Part shown: one piece after another, positions 19,315 through 28,993 of the stretch
Layout of the letters: each line of letters starts with the position of its first letter
Numbering within the stretch: the first letter of the stretch is position 1
The notes under the pieces: model-generated
Seen by the model: the letters and a program-made list of their open reading frames with translations, nothing else
What the model was told of the DNA's origin: nothing
Databases searched by the model: none
Source of the DNA: Tolypothrix carrinoi HA7290-LM1
Lineage (GTDB): Bacteria > Cyanobacteriota > Cyanobacteriia > Cyanobacteriales > Nostocaceae
Direction: 5' to 3'
Assembly (NCBI GenBank): GCA_019358935.1
Contig: JAHHIK010000073.1
Span: 1 to 41,552 of the forward strand
DNA: 41,552 nt
Program-made: the position numbers and the translations under genes

Positions 19315-19600
19315 GTCAACAAGAAGGGTGTAGGGGGTAGGGTGTAGGGTGTAGGGGGGAAGACGGCATTGGTCGAGGCGTGTGATTCCCCGACCAATGC
19401 AATCGTCCTAGAAGGACGGGGCTTGTGACCCACTGGTTGTTGGGGCTAGTCTTTCCCCACACCCGAAAGAAGGGGGTAGGGGGTAGGGGGTAGGGGGTAG
19501 GGAAGAAGAGATATTTCTTTCCCCTAACCAGGCAACCCCACACCCTTACACCCAATTCTTTCCCCCACACCCCACACCCCGCCCCAACGGGGCTTGGTCA
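19315..19600. mobile_element. Non-autonomous dispersed element, intron-free paralog of the intron host
   Basis: Begins gtcaacaagaagggtgtagg and ends gccccaacggggcttggtca, the same termini as 26330-28817; contains the hairpin cgtcctagaaggacg followed by gggcttgtgacc. Confidence 0.75.
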
Positions 19601-19826
19601 TATTTCATCAATTTCAATCGCTTTAGTCTAAGAAATTCGAGTCAAACCAGGTTGATAGTTTTTGATTTTATTTTTTTTAATTTGTCATAAATCTCGTTGT
19701 TCACCCAACTGATGACAAATGACATTTATCTGATGTGGAGCAATGCGGCAGTTGAATAAATTGACCGTTAATAAGTGTTTTTAGATATCTGTACAGTTAA
19801 TTGTAACTATTGCAAATGAATTTTTT

Positions 19827-22091
19827 ATGGATTTTTTTAAAACCATTAGTAAAAGTCTGATATTAGGTATTACCATAATTGTCTATACCCATACATCTGC
19901 TGCTGCTGTCACTATTGAGCAGACAAATTTTAGTGATAAGCAGACCGTTCAACCTACGAGTGAGATTAAGCTAAAACTTGATCGTCTGCCAAGTCCAAAT
20001 GAGGGAAGATTATCTATTTTTATTGGTCAGACTGATGTAACTTCGATGTTTCGGACGGTTGGCAATGAGTTAATTTACCAGCCAAAGAATATTCCCCTTC
20101 CTGTCGGTGAAACCAAAGTCATTGTTTATCTAGTAAAAGAAAATAATCAGTGGCAAGAAATTGCTCAACTACCGTTAAAAGTATCAGATCTGGCTGTAAA
20201 ACCGACAGATTCACAAGTCACTCAAGCTCCAACACAACAACAAAAACCACCACCACAGCCAACACAACAACAGTCTCAACGCGGACCATCACAATCAACA
20301 CAATCAACTCCAAGGGAAAAACCAACAACAAACCCCGCACAGCCAAACTCACAAGAAAGCAATACGTCATTGCGTCCTACCCTGACTCTGGAATCTCGGT
20401 TTTTAGAAGCACGCAGTGGAGAAATAGAACCACGTTCTACCTCTACCGAACTGACTTTTAAAGGAGACTTTAACCCGCAGGAAAGAATTGGGGATCTAGA
20501 TATTAAGGGTGTATTTAGTCTGTTCGGAACAACAATAGAGGAAAATGCCATTCGATTCCAGCAGCAGGGTCAGAACGCACGTAATCTTGATTTAGAAAAG
20601 TACGATATCGATTTAGCTTATGGTTCTACAACATTATCTTTGGGACACAATACTTACGGGAACCATAGGTTTTTGCTTAACAACATTAGCAATCGTGGAT
20701 TGTTACTCAACTCTCAATTAAGCGATCGCTTCGACATTACTCTGGCTACCACCACCGCTACAGATATCGTCGGGTTTGACAATATTTTTGGCTTAAACGA
20801 CTTAGATAACGACAACATCTCCGCTGCAATTGTTGGCTATCAGATAGTAAAAGGAAATCCTGATAATGATTCTAAAGGAGTTCGTTTAGAAGCAACTCTC
20901 ATAACTGCATCCCGCAACCCCGAACCTGACTTTAACCAGTTACAGGTGGTTGATGCAGAGGACAGTGATGGATTTGGATTGACATTAGTTGCCGAAGATA
21001 GTTCTGGTAGATTGCGCTTCAATGGGGGATTTGCCCGCAGCACCTTTACAAACCCCTCAAGTGAACGAGATTCTGAACTCACTGAAGGACTAGATATAGT
21101 ACCCGTAGTCCCAGCCACTGAAAATGCATACTTTTTAGAGGCAGAATACGATCTGGTGAAAAACGTGAACCTTGGGGGCGATCGCACCTTGAACCTAACC
21201 TTGAAAGCCACCCACGAACGCATAGATCCCTTATTTAACTCGATTGGTGCTAGTGTTACTCCCGATACATCGCAAACAGTAATATTACTAGAAGGGGTGA
21301 TTGCCGGGGCTAATCTGACATTAATACAGAATTGGAACGAAGATAACCTGGCAGATATTTCCACGACCCCAAAAAACAACAGACGCAACACAGCCTTTAA
21401 TCTAAACCTACCCCTGCAAACAGTATTCGCGGTGCAAAACCCCTTACTCCCCACATTGAGTTATTCCTTCACCAGAAACCGCAATTTTACAGCAAACTCT
21501 CCTGAACCGGTCAACCTTTTAAGCTCCGACTTGCTCACCACCACTCACACATTTGGTACCGCATGGAAAATTCAGAATTTAACTTTTGGCTATAACTTCT
21601 CCAGTACTTTCTCGGACAACCGTAGAATCAGCGGGGCAGCTGAGGTAGACAGTGAGCTAAATCAACAACCAGAAGATACTCAAGACTTTACCAATGAAAT
21701 TAACGTTGGGTGGCAAGCGACTCCTGGTTTGCGATTAGATTTGGGATATCAATGGACAAGCAGTAGAAGTCTAGTAACTAATATCACTCAATTTAGTAGT
21801 ATTCCAACTTTAGGAATAATGTGGCAGATTGACCCCAGCATGATGTTTATAGTAGACTTCAGCCGGAATGAAAACACTGACTCGATAAATCGGGCTTTCG
21901 TACGCGGTGATACCATGAGTGTAATCTTGGGTAAGACGTTCATAATTCCGGGTCCAGCGGGGGTAGAATTGCCCGCTAATGTTTCCTTACAATATGGATT
22001 TACCTCTAATAGCGATCGCGATCGTGAACTAAACCAATCTAGAGATGGCACGATTCACACCCTAACAGGTAACATTAGTATTAGTTTTTAA
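19827..22091 (+). CDS. Putative outer-membrane beta-barrel protein with an N-terminal Ig-like domain
   Basis: Signal peptide, Q/P/T-rich linker, alternating amphipathic strands, C-terminal ...GNISISF (terminal Phe). Confidence 0.65.
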   Translation: MDFFKTISKSLILGITIIVYTHTSAAAVTIEQTNFSDKQTVQPTSEIKLKLDRLPSPNEGRLSIFIGQTDVTSMFRTVGNELIYQPKNIPLPVGETKVIVYLVKENNQWQEIAQLPLKVSDLAVKPTDSQVTQAPTQQQKPPPQPTQQQSQRGPSQSTQSTPREKPTTNPAQPNSQESNTSLRPTLTLESRFLEARSGEIEPRSTSTELTFKGDFNPQERIGDLDIKGVFSLFGTTIEENAIRFQQQGQNARNLDLEKYDIDLAYGSTTLSLGHNTYGNHRFLLNNISNRGLLLNSQLSDRFDITLATTTATDIVGFDNIFGLNDLDNDNISAAIVGYQIVKGNPDNDSKGVRLEATLITASRNPEPDFNQLQVVDAEDSDGFGLTLVAEDSSGRLRFNGGFARSTFTNPSSERDSELTEGLDIVPVVPATENAYFLEAEYDLVKNVNLGGDRTLNLTLKATHERIDPLFNSIGASVTPDTSQTVILLEGVIAGANLTLIQNWNEDNLADISTTPKNNRRNTAFNLNLPLQTVFAVQNPLLPTLSYSFTRNRNFTANSPEPVNLLSSDLLTTTHTFGTAWKIQNLTFGYNFSSTFSDNRRISGAAEVDSELNQQPEDTQDFTNEINVGWQATPGLRLDLGYQWTSSRSLVTNITQFSSIPTLGIMWQIDPSMMFIVDFSRNENTDSINRAFVRGDTMSVILGKTFIIPGPAGVELPANVSLQYGFTSNSDRDRELNQSRDGTIHTLTGNISISF

Positions 22092-22194
22092 CATCAACCC
22101 ACTAGAAATTCGCTTTTTTCAACCAAGTAAAGCAAAAAATAAAGCAATCACGAAAAAACCTTTCACTCTTCGGTGCAATTAAATTAGTTGAACA

Positions 22195-22310
22195 GGGTGT
22201 AGGGGGTAGGGTGTGGGGTGTAGGGAAGAAGAGATATTTCTTTCCCCCACACCCTACACCCCACACCCTTACACCCAATTCTTTTCCCCACACCCTACAC
22301 CCCACACCCA
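22195..22310. repeat. GGGTGTA/TACACCC heptamer inverted-repeat module
   Basis: Shares the core gggaagaagagatatttctttcccc...cccttacacccaattc with 19470-19580. Confidence 0.8.
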
Positions 22311-22386
22311 GGAGCGAAGCGACGATAAGAGGATAATTGAAAAACTATTAATCTCAATTTCATCAGAAAGTTTTAAACAAAAAAAT

Positions 22387-23631
22387 ATGCGATTCCGTGT
22401 TCTTTGGATTTTGTTTTCTTTACCATTCACTTTTTTGCCAACAGCCAGCAGCCTAGCAATCACAGTCAGTCCCTTTGGAGTCAATGTCAGCACCTTTTCA
22501 GCCACAAGCGTCTACCTGACATTTAGAGGACTAGATAATCAGCGTGCAGCAGAAGCACTCTGGTGTGGGGAAATTAACGCCAATAACTCATGTGTACCGG
22601 GAACCATTTATGGTCGTCTTCCGAGGAAATATGACCGAGGAACTGTTAGCAGTCCCGATAACTACACCGACATTATGACAATTCCTCCTTCGGTTGCTCG
22701 TCGCGCTTACCAGGATGCGGCACGCGGCAATTCTCCAGAATTCTTTTACGTGCGGCGGTTTGCTAGCACAATTGGAGGAGCTGACGAGTACGTAGCTGTA
22801 ACATGCAGGCTGGCAGGTTATAGTGCCAGGGTTCCACTGTCACTGACCAATGTGCGTCTGCGGTTTGAGAACACCGATCCCGCTGTATTAGGAGTGGTAC
22901 GGGGTCAAACTCCCCCCCCATTTCAAGCAAAAATTACCTACAATGGCAGCGGACGACTCAGAGGACGTTGGGAAGTCGTGCTACCAGGGGATACACCGCC
23001 TAACACGCGAGACTTGCTGCCAGCGGCATCACTACCCCCCGAACAACGTGGCTTACAACGACGCTATACTCTTCTTGAGCCGATTGATGTGTTTTTGCCA
23101 CCCACTGGGCAGGTGGTTTTGCGTGGTCCAGATCCAGCCAAGCTTCCTCAAGTCTCAAGCGGACTGCATCTGATACTACTGAGAGTTGAAGCAACAAATG
23201 ACGAAGATGCTGCCAACTCGCAGACTGGTTTAACCACTGTGTTTACTGGTGGAGTTGCTGGTTCCCCTTTGCCTGTGTTGCGTTACTACGTTGGCAATCG
23301 AGATGGGATAGGGCAAATAAAGCCTTCTTTGAGTCAGATCCAGTTACTATTGCCAAACCAAAGTGCCAAAATCCCAACCAACCAGCCTGTGAGTTTTAAC
23401 TGGCGCGAGTCTCAAGGGGCAAGCGCATATAAACTAGAGGTTGAAAGCGATAAAAAACCAATACTCTCAGCAGTGCTGAATGCAAACACGACCAGCTATA
23501 CAGCTCCTCCCTGGCTTCAAGAGAAAGCTGGGGATACTTTGCGCTGGCGAGTGCAAGCGATCGCTCCTGGTGGTACAACTATAGGTCAATCAGAATGGAG
23601 CGAGTTTCAGTTTCAAAAGTCTAGCAACTAA
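22387..23631 (+). CDS. Secreted hypothetical protein with a C-terminal FN3/Ig-like domain
   Basis: Signal peptide MRFRVLW...SSLA; C-terminal FNWRE...YKLEV...WRVQA...SEW pattern; the track's longer start runs through repeat DNA. Confidence 0.7.
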   Translation: MRFRVLWILFSLPFTFLPTASSLAITVSPFGVNVSTFSATSVYLTFRGLDNQRAAEALWCGEINANNSCVPGTIYGRLPRKYDRGTVSSPDNYTDIMTIPPSVARRAYQDAARGNSPEFFYVRRFASTIGGADEYVAVTCRLAGYSARVPLSLTNVRLRFENTDPAVLGVVRGQTPPPFQAKITYNGSGRLRGRWEVVLPGDTPPNTRDLLPAASLPPEQRGLQRRYTLLEPIDVFLPPTGQVVLRGPDPAKLPQVSSGLHLILLRVEATNDEDAANSQTGLTTVFTGGVAGSPLPVLRYYVGNRDGIGQIKPSLSQIQLLLPNQSAKIPTNQPVSFNWRESQGASAYKLEVESDKKPILSAVLNANTTSYTAPPWLQEKAGDTLRWRVQAIAPGGTTIGQSEWSEFQFQKSSN

Positions 23632-23644
23632 CCATCATTCGTTA

Positions 23645-24721
23645 TTACAGTTCAAAATTTTCTCTCACACTCAGCTCGTCCAAACTAACTTCAATGCTAA
23701 AGCGTTTACCTCTTTCGCCTTTAAAAAGCTTAAGTTGAATGTAATTATCTTGACCTCTAGCTTCAACTTGCTGAAGAATATTCCCCGCTTTAGATAATAA
23801 AGTAACTTTGATATTTGGTGGCAAATATTTATCTTTACCCGTTGGATGCAATTGTATGGAAATAGATATTTTTTCTTCAGCTTCTTCGGTGATATTCACT
23901 AGTAACGCCACAGTTTGATGACTTAGTTGTATTCCTAAGTCAATCAATTTACCTCGCTTTGTCGCTAATTCAACACTCCTAGTACTGAAAGCTAAATTCA
24001 TTTCTGGGCTAAGAAGTGTATCAATAGCTTGCCAACTTTCATCAATGACACCTTGTAACCATTGGCTTAATTTAGTTGTAGTTTCTTGTAGATATACAAC
24101 TAAATTTTCTTCTACTTTTGTTTCTGTGGCTACAGGTAAAGGAATAGCTGCCGGTTCTAAAAAACGCGAGTAAAATAACAGGTGATTTGGTTCTGGGTCA
24201 AATTTTGCTAGCGGTAGCCGATAAAAATTATCTCGTGGTTGTAGTTTGATAGTATAATTAACTAGTTCATCGTAACGCAAAAAGCCTCTAATTATTACTT
24301 CTTCTTGCTCTTCTAAGACTTCAAGTAATACATAGAAATGAGCCGCTAATTCTGGTCTTTCAATGATATCTACTGCTAAATTTACCTCTTCGTCAAGTAT
24401 ATTTTCTGTAGCAATTAGACAAAGTTTAAATTCACCAACTTTGAGATAGCTGATATTTGAATCACGCTTGATTGGTTGCTGGGTGATGCGTGTACTCAGC
24501 CATTCTTCAAAGCCAAGTAGCGCTAGTGCATTCAGATAAGTTTGCCATTTTTCGGCTTCATTATTAAGGCGATCGCTCCCAGCGGGTCTTCTCTCCGAGA
24601 CGCTACGCGAATGACCATCGCTAATTTTTTTTGCTGATTGAAAATGTTCTGATTCTAACCAAATCGATTCGGGTAGTAACAATCTTATATCAGTAGAATT
24701 AAGCATATCTTTATTACTCAT
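23645..24721 (-). CDS. DUF1822 family protein
   Basis: WQTYLNALALLGFEEWL, LKVGEFKLCLI, AHFYVLLEV, LSQWLQ, QLHP...LPP, DNYIQL...GERGKRFSIEV. Confidence 0.88.
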   Translation of the reverse strand: MSNKDMLNSTDIRLLLPESIWLESEHFQSAKKISDGHSRSVSERRPAGSDRLNNEAEKWQTYLNALALLGFEEWLSTRITQQPIKRDSNISYLKVGEFKLCLIATENILDEEVNLAVDIIERPELAAHFYVLLEVLEEQEEVIIRGFLRYDELVNYTIKLQPRDNFYRLPLAKFDPEPNHLLFYSRFLEPAAIPLPVATETKVEENLVVYLQETTTKLSQWLQGVIDESWQAIDTLLSPEMNLAFSTRSVELATKRGKLIDLGIQLSHQTVALLVNITEEAEEKISISIQLHPTGKDKYLPPNIKVTLLSKAGNILQQVEARGQDNYIQLKLFKGERGKRFSIEVSLDELSVRENFEL

Positions 24722-26148
24722 GCAGATTTTTGATTATTTATATTTTGGCGAAGTTCCTGTGCATATAAGCTATCTAAACTCCGGCTTTTTCCCGCTCTAA
24801 TTTCTTCTGCGGCTTCTTGAAAAATTTCTGCATCAGCAAAAGCTTCAATTTGCTCAACCACAGTTTTGAGATATTCTATTTTTGGGGGAATTTCAGTTAG
24901 ACCTTTTGAATGAGCCTCTGATAAAATTTTTTCTAGAACTTGTTGTACTGTAGATGTGCGAACTTTGGAAAGTAACTCTCCGGGATTTAATATTCGTCTA
25001 GTTTGATCCCAACTTGACATTCCCAATTTAAGACCAACATCTTTCAAAGGCATCCCCTGACAGTAATAAAGTTGCAATCCCGGAATGAATTGATTGGCGA
25101 GAGTAGCATATTTTCGGCTTTTTTGCAACTCGTTTAAGCGATCGCTAATCTGTTCTTCAATTGATCCAACTAATGCCGTTTTCAGTTGTTCATGCAAAAA
25201 CTCTATAATTTCCCGTTGTTCCACATCTAATTCATCTGGGGCATCATTGGGTAAATCTACTCTAGTTGTATAATTTCCCGTATCCGGGTCTTGAATTTCC
25301 AGAGGTTCTCGGTAACTCCAAATGTCATATTCTCTGAGTTGAGTTGCTACATGTTTTAGTTCTTTTGTCAACTCAACCGGGGTTTTAATTATGACACCTC
25401 GTTGCTGCAAGCTTTTTAACATTTCTTGCAGTTGGGCAGTGGAGGGATCGGGACATCTTTTTGCCCCGACTTGACGCTGCACAAGTCTATCTCGACGATA
25501 AACTGAATGAAAGACTTCGACTAAATGGCGATCGCGTACAGATAACTTTTCAATCTGTTTCGGTCTAACTCGATTCATTAAAGCCCAATCACTGAGATTC
25601 TGAAAACCAAACTCTGATAAGAAATCTTTAACTTCAGAATTTTGTTTAGTTTGCAAGTATACCCAATTATCTAAGCTCATGCTAGAGGCATCAGCGTTAT
25701 ATGTTCGCAAAACCTCAACCGTAAAAAATTTAAAAGTTGATGTTTTTGTTTCACCGTTTGCATTTAGGAGAAGTTGAGTTTTGCGATCGCTATCCAAGAT
25801 AATCGGCGTTTTTCCATCATCATTCAGCACAAATGGCAGTAAATCCTTGTACGTAAAGGACTTATCACCACTAAACAGACTATCTATCTTTTGACAAGCT
25901 TTGAGAATCGGTTCGCTAACATAGCACCGCAAACAAAATCCAGCTTTTGCACGAGTTGCAACATCAACTTTCTTTGAGTTAAAGCTGTAATTGGATAGCA
26001 AAAAAGCTTGCATCTCCCTAGTTTGGGAACTAGGAACATTTTGGTGAAAAAATTCCTCGGCAATCGGAACTAAACTGTATTCATATCCTGCCCTTTGACT
26101 CTTAAGACTAATTCGGCAAATATGCCAGTATCTTGATGTCGCACTCAT
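24718..26148 (-). CDS. Atypical sigma-70-like / HetZ-related regulator
   Basis: CLRCYVS, LSDWALMN and YRRDRL motifs; C-terminal region-4-like HTH LQLYYCQGMPLKDVGLKLGM; ATGA overlap with the DUF1822 gene. Confidence 0.55.
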   Translation of the reverse strand: MSATSRYWHICRISLKSQRAGYEYSLVPIAEEFFHQNVPSSQTREMQAFLLSNYSFNSKKVDVATRAKAGFCLRCYVSEPILKACQKIDSLFSGDKSFTYKDLLPFVLNDDGKTPIILDSDRKTQLLLNANGETKTSTFKFFTVEVLRTYNADASSMSLDNWVYLQTKQNSEVKDFLSEFGFQNLSDWALMNRVRPKQIEKLSVRDRHLVEVFHSVYRRDRLVQRQVGAKRCPDPSTAQLQEMLKSLQQRGVIIKTPVELTKELKHVATQLREYDIWSYREPLEIQDPDTGNYTTRVDLPNDAPDELDVEQREIIEFLHEQLKTALVGSIEEQISDRLNELQKSRKYATLANQFIPGLQLYYCQGMPLKDVGLKLGMSSWDQTRRILNPGELLSKVRTSTVQQVLEKILSEAHSKGLTEIPPKIEYLKTVVEQIEAFADAEIFQEAAEEIRAGKSRSLDSLYAQELRQNINNQKSA

Positions 26149-26442
26149 AGATCCTGGTTCTCCTAGTGTACGATGACTTTTATGTATCTTTCTATGCAAT
26201 AAATAGATGCTTGCATATTCAGCTTATGCAGCACCTATTATTTAGGTTGTCATTAACAACTACCATTAGTCAATTCCAGGTAGAGCAAAACCCAACAAAC
26301 TTAAATTACATCTGCCTTGAGAGAGGTTTGTCAACAAGAAGGGTGTAGGGGGTAGGGGGTAGGGTGTAGGGGGAAGACGGCATTGGACTACGCTTGGACG
26401 CGGGACCATTTGCTACGTCTTGAAAAAACGGGGCTTGTATCC

Positions 26443-28732
26443 GTGCGGTTCGTTTCTATGAAACATAGTAACTAACTATGGGAATTAGAGTCCTTACACC
26501 GCCTTGAGTTCCTTGTAACTCCAAAAAAGAAAGTAAGGATAACTTCAATCCAGTGTGAGTGCGTCGAAATCATAGAGTAGACAAGCCTCACCCGCCAGGA
26601 GTAGTGTGATGCCAAATCTGCCCACACAGATGGAGAACAAACTCCAAAAGTGAAGCTGGGAACAGGACGAGGAAAACAAACCTGAGATGGGGGTAACTCG
26701 TATAGGTAGGTAGTCACGGTTAGGCATTAGCCGAACCTTCGGAAAAAGCGTCCAAAGCCCTCCAGCCAAACTCAAGGCTGGGTAACGATATACACCCGCA
26801 TCGCCGATGGATACAGCAGATGCAACTCTGGGTAATCGTGGGCGAAGTGAGGGAACCTAAAACTACAAAACAACTGGATTGGGGAACGAATAAAACGGCT
26901 CTTTCAACCTTCAATCCTTGAGATTGTGGAACCCTTAAATAAGGTTTAGCAGGTAGAGTTGGTAGGATTCACTCGAAAATCGGCGAACCAAGGACTCGCT
27001 GACAACTGGGTGAGGTTTACATAGAAAATGTCCAAATGTAGTAGAGAAGGTTATGACAACGGAGTTAAATCCAGTTGATAAATGGAAATCAATTCCCTGG
27101 CGTAAGCTGCGGAAAATTGTATTTCGCCTACAAGTTCGGATATTTAAGGCTCAAAAGAATGGAAACGCACGATTAGTGCGAAAACTTCAGAAACTTTTAT
27201 TAAGCTCCAAAGCCGCGAAGCTACTGGCTATCCGCCAAGTGACGCAGTTAAATATGGGGAAGAAAACCGCAGGGGTAGACGGCAAAAAAGCTCTCGAACC
27301 CGCCCAAAGATTAGCACTTTACGAAGTGTTGATTAAAAACTGGAAGCAATGGAAACACCAACCTCTTAAAAGAGTTTGGATTCCAAAAGCTGACGGAACA
27401 AAAAGGGGACTAGGAATTCCAACCATCGGCGATAGAGCTTATCAATGCCTTCTCAAATATGCTCTGGAACCCGCATCCGAAGCCGAGTTCAACGCCCATT
27501 CCTATGGGTTTAGACCTGGAAGAAGCACACGCGATGTCCAACAAGGAATCTTTAATCAACTTAAGACTAACGCCAAAGGTCTAAACAAAAGAATCCTGGA
27601 ACTAGATATCGAAAAATGTTTCGACAAGATTGACCACAAATTCCTAATGCAATCTGTCCAACTTCCCAGAGCAGCCAAACAAGGACTGTTCCGAGCCATT
27701 AAAGCTGGAGTCCGAGGAGAATTCCCGTCTTCAGTAACAGGAACCCCTCAAGGCGGAGTCATCAGTCCATTACTCGCAAACCTAGTCCTACATGGATTGG
27801 AAAATGTGGGATATGAATTGAGATACAAAGTTAAAAATGGCGGTACATATTTGGATGCACTAAAAGGATTCCGTTATGCGGATGACGTAGTGTATATTCT
27901 CAATCCTGAAGACGATGAAAATATCCTTAGAGAACGTATTGACCTATTCCTGAAAAAAAGAGGGTTAAAAGTAAAAGAAGCCAAAACCAAAGTAGTTAAA
28001 AGCACCGATGGTTTCGACTTTCTTGGGTGGAAATTTTGTATTAAACCCAATGGTAAATTCATCTCTACACCGAGTCAAAAATCCGTCAAAGGAATCAAGG
28101 CAAAAGTGAAAGAAGTCTTGAAAGATAGTCGATTCACCCTAGAACAACGTATCGATAAATGCGAAGCGGTAGTTCGTGGATGGAGAAATTACCATCGATT
28201 CTGCGATATGAGTCAACACGACCTATGGAGTTTAAACCACTGGGCTTGGAAATTCATTCGCAAACAAGGGAGATACGACCGATACCAAACCAACAGGGTT
28301 TTAAAGAAAGCATTTCCATCTGTAAAATGGGCAGCGTGTAGGTTTGTCAACGTTACTGGGGCAAAATCCCCCTTCGACGGTGACTTTGCGTACTGGTCAC
28401 AGAGAGAAAATGCTAATTACGACGGTATAACGGCTAGAATCCTGAAGAAACAGAATCACAAGTGCGCCCACTGCGGTCTAAGGTTCTATTCAGGTGACAT
28501 TGCAGAATTACACCATAAAGATGGCAACCATGCAAATTGGAAAGTCAATAATTTGGAAGTGCTGCATCGAGAATGTCATCTACATCAAACCAATCATGGC
28601 AAAAGATGCGAGTCCGAAAAACAGGTCAATCCTGATTTAGTAGATGTCAAGCTAGGAGCGTAGTGCGGTGAAAGTCGCACGCTACGTTCTGAACGGGAGG
28701 TGTCCCATAGCAATATGGGCATCGACCCTAAC
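26443..28732 (+). mobile_element. Group II intron (IIB, chloroplast-like class), apparently complete
   Basis: 5' GTGCG; domain V gAGCgtagtgcggtgaaagtcgcacgctacgttc (about 28656-28689); domain VI with bulged A and a 3' AAC end; EBS1 GGATAC at 26809-26814 and EBS2 AAGCCC at 26755-26760. Confidence 0.95.
27053..28663 (+). CDS. Group II intron reverse transcriptase/maturase with C-terminal HNH endonuclease
   Basis: RT0 W...VFRLQVRIFKA, TAGVDG, YGFRPGRS, LDIEKCFD, GTPQGGVISPLLAN, YADD, GFDFLG, GWRNY, CAHC...HHKDGNH...NN...LHRECH. Confidence 0.97.
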   Translation: MTTELNPVDKWKSIPWRKLRKIVFRLQVRIFKAQKNGNARLVRKLQKLLLSSKAAKLLAIRQVTQLNMGKKTAGVDGKKALEPAQRLALYEVLIKNWKQWKHQPLKRVWIPKADGTKRGLGIPTIGDRAYQCLLKYALEPASEAEFNAHSYGFRPGRSTRDVQQGIFNQLKTNAKGLNKRILELDIEKCFDKIDHKFLMQSVQLPRAAKQGLFRAIKAGVRGEFPSSVTGTPQGGVISPLLANLVLHGLENVGYELRYKVKNGGTYLDALKGFRYADDVVYILNPEDDENILRERIDLFLKKRGLKVKEAKTKVVKSTDGFDFLGWKFCIKPNGKFISTPSQKSVKGIKAKVKEVLKDSRFTLEQRIDKCEAVVRGWRNYHRFCDMSQHDLWSLNHWAWKFIRKQGRYDRYQTNRVLKKAFPSVKWAACRFVNVTGAKSPFDGDFAYWSQRENANYDGITARILKKQNHKCAHCGLRFYSGDIAELHHKDGNHANWKVNNLEVLHRECHLHQTNHGKRCESEKQVNPDLVDVKLGA

Positions 28733-28993
28733 CAACGGTTGTTGGGGCTATCACGAATGTGCAACCCCACACCCCACAACGCCACACCCCACACCCCGCC
28801 CCAACGGGGCTTGGTCAAGCGACCCAAACGGCTTGCCTTAGAGCATTTTCCAGAAAATATAGTATAAAACACTATCAATAAATTCTGACTGATGAATTCT
28901 CTTTCATCCCAAAAGTGCATAAGTTGATTGACTGACAGCCATTAGTAATTAGAAAGCAACAAAGCCATTCTGAACAACAAAAACTAGAAAACT

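Larger units (their letters stand above)
26330..28817. mobile_element. Dispersed element carrying the group II intron
   Basis: Removing 26443-28732 gives acggggcttgtatcc|caacggttgttggggcta, colinear with acggggcttgtgacccactggttgttggggcta in the 19315 copy. Confidence 0.8.

Noticed and set aside
20840..21454. Long antisense ORFs (also 5385-5864 and 9581-10012)
   Set aside because: They lie antisense to well-supported genes and carry no recognisable motifs.
27053..28663. RT as a DGR, retron or defence RT
   Set aside because: It has maturase and HNH domains and is enclosed by canonical group II intron ends with domains V and VI. No TR/VR pair was seen.
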